DNA of 64,000 bases from Candidatus Deferrimicrobiaceae bacterium. Its GTDB lineage: Bacteria > Desulfobacterota > Deferrimicrobia > Deferrimicrobiales > Deferrimicrobiaceae. Below, piece after piece: positions 27,867-37,006 of the stretch (positions are counted from its first letter, which is position 1; each line of letters begins with the position of its first letter). Below the pieces are notes generated by a model. That model searched no databases, was not told the DNA's origin, and saw only the letters and a program-made list of their open reading frames with translations. The stretch covers positions 1 to 64,000 of the forward strand of contig CAWBVY010000009.1 in the NCBI GenBank assembly GCA_963792415.1, written 5' to 3'. Both the position numbers and the translations under genes were made by a program.

Positions 27867-30800
27867 CTAGAAAGCCCCCCGTATCTCCCGGCCCGCCATG
27901 CTGCTGCGGACAGCCTCGTCCATCGTGGCATAGGAACGTCGAACCGGCAACCCGGCTTTTCCGGACAGGCGGATCTTCCGGATGTCGAGCGCTCGCGGCA
28001 CGAGGACCCTCCCCGCGTCGGCGGGCGGAACCGCCGGCGTCCGGAAAAGTTCCGCCCGGGGCGCGTCGGGGCGCGTCGACGGGATCCCGCAGCCGACCGC
28101 TTCCCCGAGATCGCGGATCATCTCGGCCGTCGTGCGGCCGCCGGGCGGGCGGCACGCCTTCTCCACGGGACAAAGTGCACCGTCGAAGCGCACCAGGGTC
28201 CCGCCCGTTTCGGCGAGGGTCGATGCCGGGAACACGACCTGCGCCGCTCTCGCCGTGCGCGTCCAGCAAGAGTCGGCAACGACGAGCGTCTCCAGGTCCG
28301 CCAGCAGATCTCCCCCCCCGGGGTCGGAAAGCGGGTCCTCGAGCAGGATCACGGCTCCCCGGATCCGCCCCGCGGACAAGGCGTCCGGAAAGTCCGTCTC
28401 CTCCCCGGCCACCGGCCCGGCCGTAACCGCCTTGCCGTCGCTTCGAAGCAGCAGGAGGCCGCCGGCGGGCGGGACCAGGTGCCCGGTCGCCGCCTGGATG
28501 CGTGCCAGGAGGGCCAGATCGCCCGACGAGCGTTCGGCCGTCTCCTCCAGGTCGTACACGGCGACCACCTTTTTCCCGCCGATCACGGCGTGCGCCAGCG
28601 CCTCCAGCTTCCCGGAGTCGACGCCGCACGCCCTGTCCACACCGCCCTTCGCCGCGCCTTCCAGGAGATCCCGGAGCGCCTCCAGCTCGCCTTCGACGGT
28701 GCCCGTCCACCGTTTGTCGACCGAACCGGCGGCAAGGATCCTTCGCAGGACGTCCGCGAGCAGGATCCCCGACGTTCCCCTGCGGGGATTCAGCCACAGG
28801 GTCGACGGGCGGACCAGGTCGATCTCGTTCGAATGCACCACCACGATGGCGGCGCCCTTCCGGGCCGCCCGCCGAAGCTTCATGCCGAGCACCGGATGGG
28901 TCGCCCAGGGATCGGCCCCGACCAGCAGGACCACGTCCGCGTCGTCCAGGTCTTCAAGGAGGCAGGTGGAAGCGGTCCGGCCGAGGAAATCGTCCAGGTC
29001 GCGCCGGGGACCGCCGCGACGCATCGCGCCGAAGCTGCCGACGTGATCGGTGCCCAGGCTCTCGCGGGCGAACCGCCCGACGAGGTGGCTCTCCTCGCAT
29101 GTCATCCGTTCGGAGGCCAGGACGGCGACGGATCCTTCGCCGTGCAGGCGGCGGCACTCCGTTAGGAGGCGGCCCGCTTCCCGCAGGGCCTCCTCCCAGC
29201 CGACCTGCGCCAGTCCGCCGTTTTTCCGGACCAGGGGAGTGCGGATCCGGTCCCCGGACTGAAGAAGGCCGATTCCGAACCTCCCCTTTGCGCACAGGTC
29301 CCCCTTCCTGCCGAGAGCATCCACGGGGGATGCCGCCCACAGGAGGCCGTCCGTCACCACGTGCAGGTCCAGCGGGCACGCCAGGGAGCAGAAGCCGCAC
29401 GCCGAAGGGACCCGGGTCGTCCGCCACGGCCCCTGTCGCCCGTAGGGAAGCCTGGCCGTGAGGGCCCCCGTGGGACAGGACTCGACGCATGTGCCGCAGC
29501 CGTTGCAGGCGCTCTCGGCGAGCGGCCGTCCCATGGCCGGCTGGACCGTCGTGTCGAAACCCCTCCCCACGAAGCCGAGCACCGGCAGGTCGAGGACATC
29601 CTCGCAGGCGCGGATGCACCGGCCGCACAGGATGCACTTGTTGGCGTCATAGGCGATCAGCGGATGGCTGTCGTCCACCTTGTGACGCCGGACATGGCCG
29701 GCCACGCTCCCGACATCCACCCCGTATTCGACCGCATACCTTCGAAGGTCGCACGTGTACAGGGCCTTGCAGCCGCACTCCATGCACCGGGCGGCCTCCC
29801 CCCTCATCTCCTCCTCGGAAAGGCCCTCCTCCACCTCAAGGAAGTCGTTCCTCCGTTCCCCGGCCGGGCGCTGCGGCATCGCGTGGTGCGGAATTCTTTC
29901 CACGTTCTCGTACAGCGTTTCCGGGACGGGGCCGAAGTCGTCGCGCCGGCAGACGAACGCGGGGTCGGGGCGCTTCACCTCCCCGGTCCGCAGGTACCCG
30001 TCGATCGCCTCGGCGGCCAGCCGCCCCTGGGCAACCGCGTCGATCACCGCGGCGGGGCCGTTTACCGCATCGCCGCCGGCGAACACGCCGGGAAGACGGC
30101 ACGCCATCGTGGCCGCGTCCGCCTCGATGGTTCCCGGGGGGCCGACGGCGGGACGGCCGTCTTCCGGTTCCCGGGAGAACAGATCCGGATCGGTCTCCTG
30201 GCCGATCGCGGAAAAGGCGAAGGAGCACGGAACCTCGAACTCGGAACCCTTGACGGGCAGGGGCCTTCGCCGCCCGCTTCGATCGGGCTCGCCGAGCTCC
30301 ATGCGGACGCACCGGATGCCCGCCAACCGGCCGGTCGCCGCGTCCCGGAGCACCTCCACCGGCGCGGCGAGCATCGTAAGGCACACTCCCTCCTGCTCCG
30401 CCGCATCCACTTCCTCGTGGAAGGCCGGCATCTCCTTGCGGGACCGGCGGTACAGGATGCAGACCTCCTCCGCGCCGCAGCGGACGGCGGTCCGTGCGGC
30501 GTCCACGGCGGAGTTCCCTCCCCCCACCACCACGACCCTTCCCTGCAGACGCCTTGGCCCGCGCAGTTCGGTGTCCCTCAGGAAATCCAGGGCCGATTCG
30601 ATCCCTCCGGCATCCTCGCCCGGCACGCCCAGCTTCTTGCCAAGGGGCGCGCCCGGAGCCAGGAAGATCGCGTGGAACCCCTCCTCCCGAAGTCCCTGCA
30701 ACGTGAACTCCCTGCCGAGCCTGCGGTTGCAGGCGACTTCCACTCCGAGGCCCAGGATCACGTCGATGTCCGCGTCGAGCTCCTCCCGGGGAAGACGGTA

Positions 30801-31532
30801 CGCCGGAATCCCGTACCTGAGCATCCCGCCCAGGCGGGGCATCGCCTCGCAGATCGTGACCGAGTGGCCCCGCAGGGACAGGTAGTACGCGCAGGTCAGG
30901 CCCGCCGGACCGCCCCCCACGACGGCGACCCGCTTCCCCGTGGGAGGCAGCCGCTCCGGGTGGACGCTCGCGTGCCCGGACACGAAACGCTTCACCTGGT
31001 TGATCCCTACGGACCCGTCCACCAGGTTGCGGCGGCACGCCGCTTCGCACTTTCGCACGCACACCCTCCCGCAGACGACGGGCAGGGGGTTGCGCTCCCG
31101 GATCAGGCGCAGGGCCTCCCGGTAGTGGCCCAGTCTCGCAAGGCCCAGATATCCCTGGACGTCGACGCCGGCCGGACATGCCAGCTGGCCGGGACACGCG
31201 CAGTCGGCGTAGTGATCGGAAAGGAGCAGCGCAAGCGCGGTCTTCCGGGCGCGCGTGATCCTTTCATTGCGGGTCACGACCTCCATTCCGTCCCGGACCC
31301 GCGTCGTGCAGGAGGGCAGGAGACCGCGCGCATCCTTGACCTCGACCACGCACAGGAAGCAGGAGCCGAACGGCGGAAGCCCGGGCTCGTCGCAGAGGGT
31401 CGGGATCGTGTCCAGGCGCTGTTCGCGGACCAGTTCGAGGATGGTCTGGCCGGGGCGCGCCGCGACCGCCCGTCCGTTGATCGTGAGTTCCACCGGCAGG
31501 TACGATGGGCACTCATCGGTTTTCCTTGGCAT
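27867..31532 (-). CDS. BfuA/NfnA-like fusion: [2Fe-2S], GltD/NfnB-like FAD-NADPH domain, [4Fe-4S] clusters and NuoG/molybdopterin-fold domain
   Basis: GSCFLCVVE, CGRVC...C, VVGGGPAGL, VVGGGNSAVD, CILCGRC, CNGCGTC, CGFCSLAC...CAKGRFG. Confidence 0.85.
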   Translation of the reverse strand: MPRKTDECPSYLPVELTINGRAVAARPGQTILELVREQRLDTIPTLCDEPGLPPFGSCFLCVVEVKDARGLLPSCTTRVRDGMEVVTRNERITRARKTALALLLSDHYADCACPGQLACPAGVDVQGYLGLARLGHYREALRLIRERNPLPVVCGRVCVRKCEAACRRNLVDGSVGINQVKRFVSGHASVHPERLPPTGKRVAVVGGGPAGLTCAYYLSLRGHSVTICEAMPRLGGMLRYGIPAYRLPREELDADIDVILGLGVEVACNRRLGREFTLQGLREEGFHAIFLAPGAPLGKKLGVPGEDAGGIESALDFLRDTELRGPRRLQGRVVVVGGGNSAVDAARTAVRCGAEEVCILYRRSRKEMPAFHEEVDAAEQEGVCLTMLAAPVEVLRDAATGRLAGIRCVRMELGEPDRSGRRRPLPVKGSEFEVPCSFAFSAIGQETDPDLFSREPEDGRPAVGPPGTIEADAATMACRLPGVFAGGDAVNGPAAVIDAVAQGRLAAEAIDGYLRTGEVKRPDPAFVCRRDDFGPVPETLYENVERIPHHAMPQRPAGERRNDFLEVEEGLSEEEMRGEAARCMECGCKALYTCDLRRYAVEYGVDVGSVAGHVRRHKVDDSHPLIAYDANKCILCGRCIRACEDVLDLPVLGFVGRGFDTTVQPAMGRPLAESACNGCGTCVESCPTGALTARLPYGRQGPWRTTRVPSACGFCSLACPLDLHVVTDGLLWAASPVDALGRKGDLCAKGRFGIGLLQSGDRIRTPLVRKNGGLAQVGWEEALREAGRLLTECRRLHGEGSVAVLASERMTCEESHLVGRFARESLGTDHVGSFGAMRRGGPRRDLDDFLGRTASTCLLEDLDDADVVLLVGADPWATHPVLGMKLRRAARKGAAIVVVHSNEIDLVRPSTLWLNPRRGTSGILLADVLRRILAAGSVDKRWTGTVEGELEALRDLLEGAAKGGVDRACGVDSGKLEALAHAVIGGKKVVAVYDLEETAERSSGDLALLARIQAATGHLVPPAGGLLLLRSDGKAVTAGPVAGEETDFPDALSAGRIRGAVILLEDPLSDPGGGDLLADLETLVVADSCWTRTARAAQVVFPASTLAETGGTLVRFDGALCPVEKACRPPGGRTTAEMIRDLGEAVGCGIPSTRPDAPRAELFRTPAVPPADAGRVLVPRALDIRKIRLSGKAGLPVRRSYATMDEAVRSSMAGREIRGAF

Positions 31533-31536
31533 TCCG

Positions 31537-33285
31537 CTATCCTTTCCGCACCGCGTCGGAACGGCAGACCGTGAGGCATTTTCCGCATCGGACGCATCGG
31601 CTCACGTCGATCCGGTGAACCTCCCTGCTCCGGCCGCTGATCGCCCCGGCGTCGCAGGCCGGGACGCACAGACCGCAGCCCGTGCACTTGTCCGGATCGA
31701 TCCCGAATTCCACCAGGGCCAGGCAGACCTTCGCCGGGCACTTCCCGTCGCGGATGTGCGCTTCGTACTCGTCGTGGAAGTACCGCAGGGTCGTCAGCAC
31801 CGGGTTGGGAGCGGTCTGCCCGAGTCCGCAAAGAGAGCTCGCGCGGATCTGCTCGCCCAGCTCCGCAAGCGTATTCACGTCGTCCGGCTTCCCGTCTCCC
31901 GCGCAGATCCTCTCCAGGATCTCGAGCATCCGCTTCGTGCCGATCCGGCAGAAGGTGCACTTCCCGCACGACTCGCTCTGGGTGAAGTGCAGGAAAAACC
32001 GCGCGACGTCGACCATGCAGGTGGAATCGTCCATGACCACCATCCCGCCCGAGCCCATGATCGCGCCGGTGCTGGTGATCTGTTCGTAGTCGATGGGCGT
32101 GCCTCCCAGGGAGGCGGGGATGCATCCGCCCGATGGCCCCCCCATCTGGACCGCCTTGAAAGGCCTCCCCGAGACGGTGCCGCCGCCGATCCCGTAGACG
32201 ATCTCGTCGATGGTGGTGCCCATGGGAACCTCCACGAGCCCCCCCCTCCGGATCTTTCCCGCCAGGGCGAATACCTTGGTCCCCTTGGAGTTGCCGGTCC
32301 CGCAGGACCGGAAGGCCCCGGCCCCGTGGGTCAGGATCCAGGGCACGTTGGCGAACGTCTCCACGTTGTTGATGCAGGTGGGAAAGCCCCACAGGCCGGC
32401 TTCCGTGGGAAACGGGGGGCGCACGCGCGGCATCCCCCTTCTGCCCTCGATGGAAGCGATCAGCGCGGTCTCCTCCCCGCAGACGAACGCCCCGGCCCCT
32501 TCCTTCAGGCGGACGGAAAAGGAAAAACCGCTGCCGAACAGGTTGGGGCCCAGGAGTCCCCTTTCCCGGGCGCTCGCGACGGCCTCGCGCAGCCGGCGGA
32601 TCGCGAGGGGGTACTCCGCGCGGACGTAGACGATTCCTTCCCCGGCGCCGATGGCGTACCCGGCGATCGCCATCCCTTCCAGCACGGAGTGGGGATCTCC
32701 CTCGAGCACGCTGCGATCCATGAAGGCGCCCGGGTCTCCTTCGTCGGCGTTGCAGACGACGAACTTGCGCCCTGCCTGCGCAGCCCTGGCGAGTCTCCAC
32801 TTGGTCCCGGTGGGAAAACCGGCCCCGCCTCTTCCGCGCAGGCCGGAATCGGCGACCGTTTCGATGACTTCCCCGGGGGTCATCGCCGTGACGGCGTGCG
32901 AAAGGGCCAGGTACCCTCCCCGGGCGCGATACTCCTCGATGGAGGATGGGGCGATCTCGCCGCAGTTGCGCAGCACGATCCGCTTCTGCCCTGCGAGCAG
33001 CCCCTCCCGGTCCACGACCCAATCCTCGACCGCCCTGCCCCCGCGCAGGTGGTCCGCGACGATGCGCTCCACCCGGTCGGGGGTCACCTCGCCGTAGAGG
33101 GTCCGCCGCCGGCCGTCTTCGACGATCTCCACCAGCACCTCGCGATGACACAGCCCGATGCACCCGGTCTCCTTGAGCGTCACCCCCTCGTCTTCGGGTC
33201 CCAGCAACTCCCGGAACCGCTGTTGTACGGCCAGTCCCCCCGTGGCGATTCCGCACGATCCCAGTCCGACCATCACCGCCTGCAT
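31537..33285 (-). CDS. NuoF/HydB (BfuB)-like FMN-NADH subunit with extra Fe-S domains
   Basis: SGLRGRGGAGFPTG, CNADEGDPGAFMDR, GEETAL, GGPSGG, CGKCTFC, HIRDGKCPAKVC, two C-terminal CxxCxxCxxxC. Confidence 0.92.
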   Translation of the reverse strand: MQAVMVGLGSCGIATGGLAVQQRFRELLGPEDEGVTLKETGCIGLCHREVLVEIVEDGRRRTLYGEVTPDRVERIVADHLRGGRAVEDWVVDREGLLAGQKRIVLRNCGEIAPSSIEEYRARGGYLALSHAVTAMTPGEVIETVADSGLRGRGGAGFPTGTKWRLARAAQAGRKFVVCNADEGDPGAFMDRSVLEGDPHSVLEGMAIAGYAIGAGEGIVYVRAEYPLAIRRLREAVASARERGLLGPNLFGSGFSFSVRLKEGAGAFVCGEETALIASIEGRRGMPRVRPPFPTEAGLWGFPTCINNVETFANVPWILTHGAGAFRSCGTGNSKGTKVFALAGKIRRGGLVEVPMGTTIDEIVYGIGGGTVSGRPFKAVQMGGPSGGCIPASLGGTPIDYEQITSTGAIMGSGGMVVMDDSTCMVDVARFFLHFTQSESCGKCTFCRIGTKRMLEILERICAGDGKPDDVNTLAELGEQIRASSLCGLGQTAPNPVLTTLRYFHDEYEAHIRDGKCPAKVCLALVEFGIDPDKCTGCGLCVPACDAGAISGRSREVHRIDVSRCVRCGKCLTVCRSDAVRKG

Positions 33286-33313
33286 CGGGTCCCCCTCGAC
33301 GCCGGAAGAAACG

Positions 33314-33817
33314 TCATGCGCTCCGGCCCGGTTTCCGTCGAAACCTGCGGAGAACGGATCGGAGCCCCTGGGGGGTGAGCCGGCCGTATGCCTGTTCGCC
33401 GATCATCACCACGGGAGCGAGACTGCAGCATCCGAGGCATGCCACCTCCAGATAGGTGAACAGGCCGTCCTCGCTGGTCTCCCCCTGGCGGATTCCGAGC
33501 TCCTCCTCCAGGGTCCGGCCGATCATTTCCGCCCCCTGGACGTGGCAGGCGGTCCCCTTGCAGACGCGAATGACGTATCTGCCGAGCGGCCGCAAGCGAA
33601 ACTGCCTGTAGAAGGTGATGACCCCGTAGACTTCGCTGGCCGGAATGCCGGTCGCCATGGCGATCTGCTCGATCGCCAGCGGCGGGATGTAGCCGTAGGA
33701 ATCCTGGGCCGCCTGGAGCAGCGGGATCAGCATGCCCGGCTCGCCGCCGTGGCGCCACAGCATCCGGCCGAACGCCGGCATCACGGCGCCCTTCGCGTGT
33801 TCCGCATTCGTCGACAT
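33314..33817 (-). CDS. NuoE/HydC (BfuC)-like [2Fe-2S] subunit
   Basis: VYGVITFY, VCKGTACH, VACLGCCSLAPV. Confidence 0.92.
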   Translation of the reverse strand: MSTNAEHAKGAVMPAFGRMLWRHGGEPGMLIPLLQAAQDSYGYIPPLAIEQIAMATGIPASEVYGVITFYRQFRLRPLGRYVIRVCKGTACHVQGAEMIGRTLEEELGIRQGETSEDGLFTYLEVACLGCCSLAPVVMIGEQAYGRLTPQGLRSVLRRFRRKPGRSA

Positions 33818-33832
33818 CTTCCCCCCGCTACG

Positions 33833-34840
33833 TTAAATGCCCTGACACTTCACGATGTTCATGGTCTTGGCCCGGAGCACTCCCGGCCTGGACCGAAGCC
33901 GGGAGACGGCCTGCCGGATCGCGTCGCACGTGCGGCCCTGAACAAGCAGGATGGCCATCGTGCCGTGGTCGGTCACGTCGCAGTAGACTACGTCCTCGTC
34001 GAAGTAGTACGTGGTGTACAGGGAGGGGACGCAGGAGCTGTCGATCTCCAGCAGGAAATAGGCCGAGAGGAGCTGCCGGCTCCGCCGGTCACCCTCCTTC
34101 TCGCCCATGCCCTCGGCCACCTGCATCAACTCGTGATGGTGGAGGAACGACTCGATGTCCTTCCCCAGCCGCGGGCGCTCCGAATGGTGGATCTCGTACT
34201 GCTTGATCTCCCGCAGGGGCTGCACGGTCCGCGCGACCCATTCCCAGATCCCGCGCCGATCCGGCGCCTGGACAAGAAGGACGATGTCCCAGTCGCCCAT
34301 CACGGCGTCGCAGTAACAGACGCCGTCGGCGAAGGAGAGCGCGGAGAAGCACCCGGACAGGTCGGCGCCCGGCTTGCCCCGGAGGAAGACGTACGCGCTC
34401 TGGCTGCGCAGCGCCTCGGTCCGGACCTCCGGCCGGGGAACGTGCTTCTCCTCCTCCTCCGGCGGGCCGATTCTCCGGATCTCGGCTTCCAGCGCCCCGA
34501 TCTCGAACGGCTTGTCCAGGTAGGCGCTGCCGCGGCCCTCCTTCACCCGCTCCCCGGTATGCTCGTCGCCGTAGCCGGACATCACCACCACGGGCAGGTC
34601 CGGATACACGTCCTTGATCATGTGCAGGAGCTGGAGCCCGTCGATATCCGGCAGCCGGATGTCGAGGATCACGACGTTGTGGGGAACCCCGGACCGTCTC
34701 GCCGCCTCGATCTTTTCCAGGGCGGACAGCCCCATTTCGCAGGCGTCGACCTGGTACCCGTACTGGGCCATGCCGACCGCCAGATTGCGACGGATCGAGG
34801 CCTCGTCGTCCACTACCAGCATTCTCGGATTCTCATTCAT
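33833..34840 (-). CDS. response regulator receiver fused to Lrp/AsnC-like ACT repeats, no HTH recognised
   Basis: LVVDDE, LDIRLPDIDG, YLDKPF; C-terminal repeats AYVFL...CDAVMGDWDIVLLVQA and AYFLL...CDVTD...ILLVQG. Confidence 0.7.
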   Translation of the reverse strand: MNENPRMLVVDDEASIRRNLAVGMAQYGYQVDACEMGLSALEKIEAARRSGVPHNVVILDIRLPDIDGLQLLHMIKDVYPDLPVVVMSGYGDEHTGERVKEGRGSAYLDKPFEIGALEAEIRRIGPPEEEEKHVPRPEVRTEALRSQSAYVFLRGKPGADLSGCFSALSFADGVCYCDAVMGDWDIVLLVQAPDRRGIWEWVARTVQPLREIKQYEIHHSERPRLGKDIESFLHHHELMQVAEGMGEKEGDRRSRQLLSAYFLLEIDSSCVPSLYTTYYFDEDVVYCDVTDHGTMAILLVQGRTCDAIRQAVSRLRSRPGVLRAKTMNIVKCQGI

Positions 34841-34908
34841 GGCGACCTCCCGCACCCGAAGTTCGGTCGTTGCCGTTGGCCATGTTCGTTACCCATGTCT
34901 TTCCTACC

Positions 34909-35075
34909 GCATACACCATGCCGCCTCCGTTTCCAGTCATAACCACATGTTTAATAAAGAAAAACCGAATTGCCGATGGGATCGTTCCGGAACCCGCAAC
35001 TGTAAAGAAACCTTACAACTCTTGCCCAACGAGCAAAAGTAAAAGGGGAATCGGCCACTGTAAATAAATCTTGCA
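34909..35075 (-). promoter_or_regulatory. sigma54 promoter (34909-34923) with two upstream enhancer-like palindromes
   Basis: Minus strand CGGCATGGTGTATGC (GG-N10-GC); TGTAAagaaaccTTACA at 35001-35017 and TGTAAataaatcTTGCA at 35059-35075. Confidence 0.65.
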
Positions 35076-35301
35076 CCACTCCGTCCGTCTGACCTTTCTC
35101 CCTTGAACCGATCCGGGAGCCGTCGATGCTTTTCAGGCCGAGTTCGAGGAGGAGGGGGGGTAGCCCATGTCGTCCCGCGGGGTGCTCTTCAACCGTGCAA
35201 AGGAACATCATCGTCACGTGTTGCCACGCCAATACCACGGATTGGGGAGTTTCCACCTCCCCTGCCCGACCCGTCAGGGCCCTTCGGGTTCCTGCCGGTC
35301 G

Positions 35302-36996
35302 TTACTCAATACCCAGCCTCTCCAGCTTGCGATATATCGTCCGGCGGCTCATCCCCAGCAGGCGGGCGGCCTCGGTCCTGTTGCCGCCGGCCTGTTCGAG
35401 CGCCTTGCGAATGGCGCGGGCCTCGTCTTCGGGATTTACGTCGCTGGAAATTGCGCGGGACTCGAAATACCGGAGGAAGTCGGGGGGCAGGTATTCGGCG
35501 GTGATCACGCTCTGTCGGCAGCGCACGAAGGAGTGCTCCAGAAGGTTTTCCAGCTCCCGCACGTTGCCGTGCCACGGATAGTCGAGAAACATCCGTTCGA
35601 CTTCCGAGGAGATCCCCTTGATCTCTTTGCCGAACTTGCGGTTGAAATTGCGCCGGAAGTGCTCTGCCAGAAGCACGATGTCGTCCCGGCGCTCCCGCAA
35701 CGGCGGCACGGGGATCTCCACGACTTTCAGCCGGTAGTACAGATCCTCCCGGAACTCGCCGCTGGCGACCCGTTCCCCCAAATCGCGGTTGGTCGCGGCC
35801 ACGACGCGCACGTCGACCTTGATCGGGGTGGCGTCGCCTACCCGCTCGAATTCCATGGACTCGATCACCCGCAGCAGCCGCAGCTGCATGCGCTGGGATA
35901 TTTCGCCGATCTCGTCCAGAAAGATGGTGCCGCCGTCCGCCCGCTGGAAGCGGCCGACGTTTTCCTTCACCGCGCCGGTGAAGGCTCCGGCAACGTGACC
36001 GAAGAGCTCGCTTTCCAGCAGGTTTTCCGAAAGCGCCGCGCAGTTGACCTTGACCAGCGGGCCCTGTCGCCGGGGACCGGAGTGGTGCAGGGCGTTCACC
36101 ACCAGTTCCTTGCCGGTGCCGCTCTCGCCGGAGATCAGCACCGTGGTCTGTACGTCCGCCAGATCACGGATCATCGCCCGCACCTTCTCGATGGGTTCGC
36201 TGCGGCCCACGATGCTGTCGATCCTCTGGCGTTCCTGCAGGCGGCGCTCCAGGCTCACCAGCCGGGTTTCGTCGCGCACCACCATCACCGCACCGGTGGA
36301 CCGGCCTTTCACCCCCAGGAGCGGCGAGGCGGTCACGCTGACCACCTGCTGCTTCCCCTGGGTGGAGCGGCATTCGACGAAACGCAGCTTCACCGGCTGC
36401 CGGGTCTTCAGGGTCTCGCCCAGCGCACCGACACAGTTGCCGTCGCAACGGTCCGCGAGCTCCCTCAGCGGCTTGCCGATCAACGCATCCCTGTGGAATT
36501 CGCAGATCTGCAGGGCGGCATCGTTGATCTCCACGACCGCCATGTTCCCGTCCACCATGATGATTCCGTCATTGACGCTGCGGAAGATGGCCTCGAAGTT
36601 GAACCGGCACTGTTCCCTCTCGTCCTTCAGGACCTTGTGTTTCAGGGCGATGTTGACCGTCCTCAGCAGGGTGTCCTGACGGATGGGTTTGACGATGTAG
36701 TCGAAGGCGCCGATGCGCAGGCTTTCGGCGGCGCTGTCGACGCTGGGAGCGCCGGTGATCATGACCACCAGCACGTTGGGAAGAATCTCCTTGGCCTCCT
36801 TCAGCAGGTCGATGCCGCTTCGACCGGGCAGGATGATGTCGGCAAAGATCAGATCGACGTCCTTTTCCCGCAGCAGCGCGATCGCCTCGTCGCAGTCGGC
36901 GGCTCCGGAGACCGTGTAGCCTTCGTCGGACAAAAAGTGGTTGAAGGTGTAACGGATGCTTTCCTCATCGTCGACGACCAGAATATGCGGCGGCAT
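35302..36996 (-). CDS. sigma54-dependent response regulator with PAS domain
   Basis: Receiver ILVVDDE, PAS, GESGTGKE, GAFTGA, WHGNVREL, HTH. Confidence 0.92.
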   Translation of the reverse strand: MPPHILVVDDEESIRYTFNHFLSDEGYTVSGAADCDEAIALLREKDVDLIFADIILPGRSGIDLLKEAKEILPNVLVVMITGAPSVDSAAESLRIGAFDYIVKPIRQDTLLRTVNIALKHKVLKDEREQCRFNFEAIFRSVNDGIIMVDGNMAVVEINDAALQICEFHRDALIGKPLRELADRCDGNCVGALGETLKTRQPVKLRFVECRSTQGKQQVVSVTASPLLGVKGRSTGAVMVVRDETRLVSLERRLQERQRIDSIVGRSEPIEKVRAMIRDLADVQTTVLISGESGTGKELVVNALHHSGPRRQGPLVKVNCAALSENLLESELFGHVAGAFTGAVKENVGRFQRADGGTIFLDEIGEISQRMQLRLLRVIESMEFERVGDATPIKVDVRVVAATNRDLGERVASGEFREDLYYRLKVVEIPVPPLRERRDDIVLLAEHFRRNFNRKFGKEIKGISSEVERMFLDYPWHGNVRELENLLEHSFVRCRQSVITAEYLPPDFLRYFESRAISSDVNPEDEARAIRKALEQAGGNRTEAARLLGMSRRTIYRKLERLGIE

Positions 36997-37006
36997 GTCG
37001 ATACCC

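Noticed and set aside
26387-27931. N-terminal ~500 aa of the 993-aa ORF 24950..27931, suggesting a novel fusion
   Set aside because: An Arg/Pro/Gly-rich off-frame overlap of the histidine kinase; the regulator starts at the GTG at 26386.
27867-31532. Formate dehydrogenase alpha subunit or [FeFe]-hydrogenase
   Set aside because: No Cys/Sec-His Mo-ligand motif, no H-cluster motifs and no adjacent maturation genes.
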